The translations under genes were made by a program, and so were the position numbers. The notes below the pieces were generated by a model. It was not told the DNA's origin, searched no databases, and saw only the letters and a program-made list of their open reading frames with translations. A stretch of DNA of 32,107 nucleotides. Source: Malassezia furfur. Its lineage: Eukaryota. The stretch lies in NCBI GenBank assembly GCA_052055015.1, contig JBQJIT010000088.1. One strand, written 5' to 3'. This document shows positions 30,855 to 32,107 of this stretch, piece after piece; position 1 is the stretch's first letter, and the number at the start of each line of letters is the position of its first letter.

Positions 30855-32107
30855 ATGCAGGCGAATGTGCGCAGCTGGAGTGTGCCCGAGGTGCTTGCAT
30901 GGCTCCACGAGTGCCACCTTGGGCAGCATGCGCCTGTCTTCGCTGACAACGATATCCAAGGCACCGCGCTCCTCGAGCTCGACCAGGCCGCATTGAAAGA
31001 GATGGGCCTCGCGAGCATGGGCGACCGCCTGCGTATCCTCGCAGCGATCCGCGCACTGCACAAACGCACCCAAGATGCACCCGTGCGCGCCTCTCCATCG
31101 CGCACACACGTTGCATACACGCGCGGGCGATCGGCGCACGATCGTTTTGCGTCCACGAGTGATTCCGAATCCCGCCAAGGGTCCCCGGCGTCGTCGGCTC
31201 ACACGCCTTTGCCGCTCACGCCCTCATCGCTACACACACAGCATACCAACAACCATTACCTGACGCCGCTCGCGCGTGCCAACGACCCCGACACTGGCGT
31301 CGGTGCCGCGCAGCGCTCACTTCACCGTCGACCCAACACGGCGACGGGCGTTTCGACGGGCGCGTGGCACTCGGCGGCCTCCGTGACAAGCCCCACGAGC
31401 CCCACAAGTGCCGTGTCGCTGCGTTCGCGGCGCCCCGCGACCGCGACATCGTCCGGCTCGCACGTCGGCTACTCGGTGGGCCGCGGCGCTTTTGCGCCAA
31501 GCCAGGCGACCAAGCCGCGTACAGTGCACATCAGCGCACCATACAATCTGCGGCGTGCCGACTCGGAGTCGGACTCGGAAAGTGCGCGCGGCGAGCCCGC
31601 GGTGAGCCCCGCGTTCAAGAATTTGCGGCGCGCGCTGATCAAGTTTTACGCATGCGACGGCACGTCACGGGTCGTGGATGTGAGCGAGTGCCCGTCGGCG
31701 CATGAGGTGCTTGTGCGCGTTCTGCGCAAGTTTGGAGTGTCCAAGAGTGATGTTGATCTCGACACGGCCACGTACATGAGCCCGTTCGCGTTTGCTATGG
31801 CCGGTACGGACGGCAAGCTCAAGGTGCTTTCCGAGAACGAGCTGATGGCCGTGTGCAATGCGCCGCATGCTTACACGCCCGTATGGCAAAACGGACTGTA
31901 CCTTATTCACCACGGGAAGCCGTTGCCCGAGGCCGTCGCAGCGCAGTCGCAAGCGTCGGTGACGCGCCGCGCCTCAACACAAAGCATCCTGCTCGGCCTG
32001 GGCGTGGAGAACGTGGCGCCCGAGACGAGCCCCTCGCCGTCGCGTGCGTCGTTTGCGTGGCGCGCCGCACGCCCCGCCGTCGCCGTCGCCGTCGCGGCCA
32101 CCGCGCC
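30855..32107 (+). CDS. STE11: Ste11/Byr2/Kpp4-type MAPKK kinase, N-terminal part (SAM + Ras-binding domain), 3'-truncated; absent from the ORF track
   Basis: ATG 30855 opens MQANVRSWSVPEVLAWL...FADNDIQGTALLELDQAALKEMG...GDRLRIL (SAM). The same frame continues to IKFYACDGTSRVVDVSEC...VLRKFG...LSENELMAVC (Byr2-type Ras-binding domain). The kinase domain would lie beyond the window. Confidence 0.8.
   Translation, partial: MQANVRSWSVPEVLAWLHECHLGQHAPVFADNDIQGTALLELDQAALKEMGLASMGDRLRILAAIRALHKRTQDAPVRASPSRTHVAYTRGRSAHDRFASTSDSESRQGSPASSAHTPLPLTPSSLHTQHTNNHYLTPLARANDPDTGVGAAQRSLHRRPNTATGVSTGAWHSAASVTSPTSPTSAVSLRSRRPATATSSGSHVGYSVGRGAFAPSQATKPRTVHISAPYNLRRADSESDSESARGEPAVSPAFKNLRRALIKFYACDGTSRVVDVSECPSAHEVLVRVLRKFGVSKSDVDLDTATYMSPFAFAMAGTDGKLKVLSENELMAVCNAPHAYTPVWQNGLYLIHHGKPLPEAVAAQSQASVTRRASTQSILLGLGVENVAPETSPSPSRASFAWRAARPAVAVAVAATA

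Noticed and set aside
31530..31556. CRIB-like ISAPYN in the STE11-like protein
   Set aside because: It lacks the downstream F-x-H-x-x-H residues of true CRIB motifs; too short a match.

Overview
Gene-dense, GC-rich fungal DNA, most consistent with a Malassezia-type basidiomycete yeast (inferred from gene content, tiny spacers and tiny introns). I can support 18 protein-coding genes: ULP1-like SUMO protease (5'-truncated), DPH4, LRO1, RBG2/DRG2, a CBS-PB1 protein, acyl-CoA dehydrogenase, a small secreted protein, a PIG-Y-like protein, a SUR7/PalI-family protein, ALR1-like CorA transporter, GPI14, SelO/FMP40, BLM10, an STL1-like sugar porter, a DPBB/expansin-like protein, a small MRX7-like protein, a hydantoinase-B-only oxoprolinase and an STE11-like MAPKKK (3'-truncated). 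I found no tRNA, rRNA, transposon or CRISPR. The strongest signal is hidden from the ORF track: 12 predicted spliceosomal introns, ten of them only 21-29 nt. Most have the branch point fused to the acceptor (CTRAC-N-CAG), and the branch A is never closer than position 16-17 to the 5' end. Also notable are a 5-oxoprolinase with only its C-terminal half (apparent gene fission), a co-oriented RBG2-LRO1-DPH4 run with 21- and 77-bp spacers, and CACGTG motifs recurring in short divergent promoters. All family calls come from motif recognition; no searches were run.
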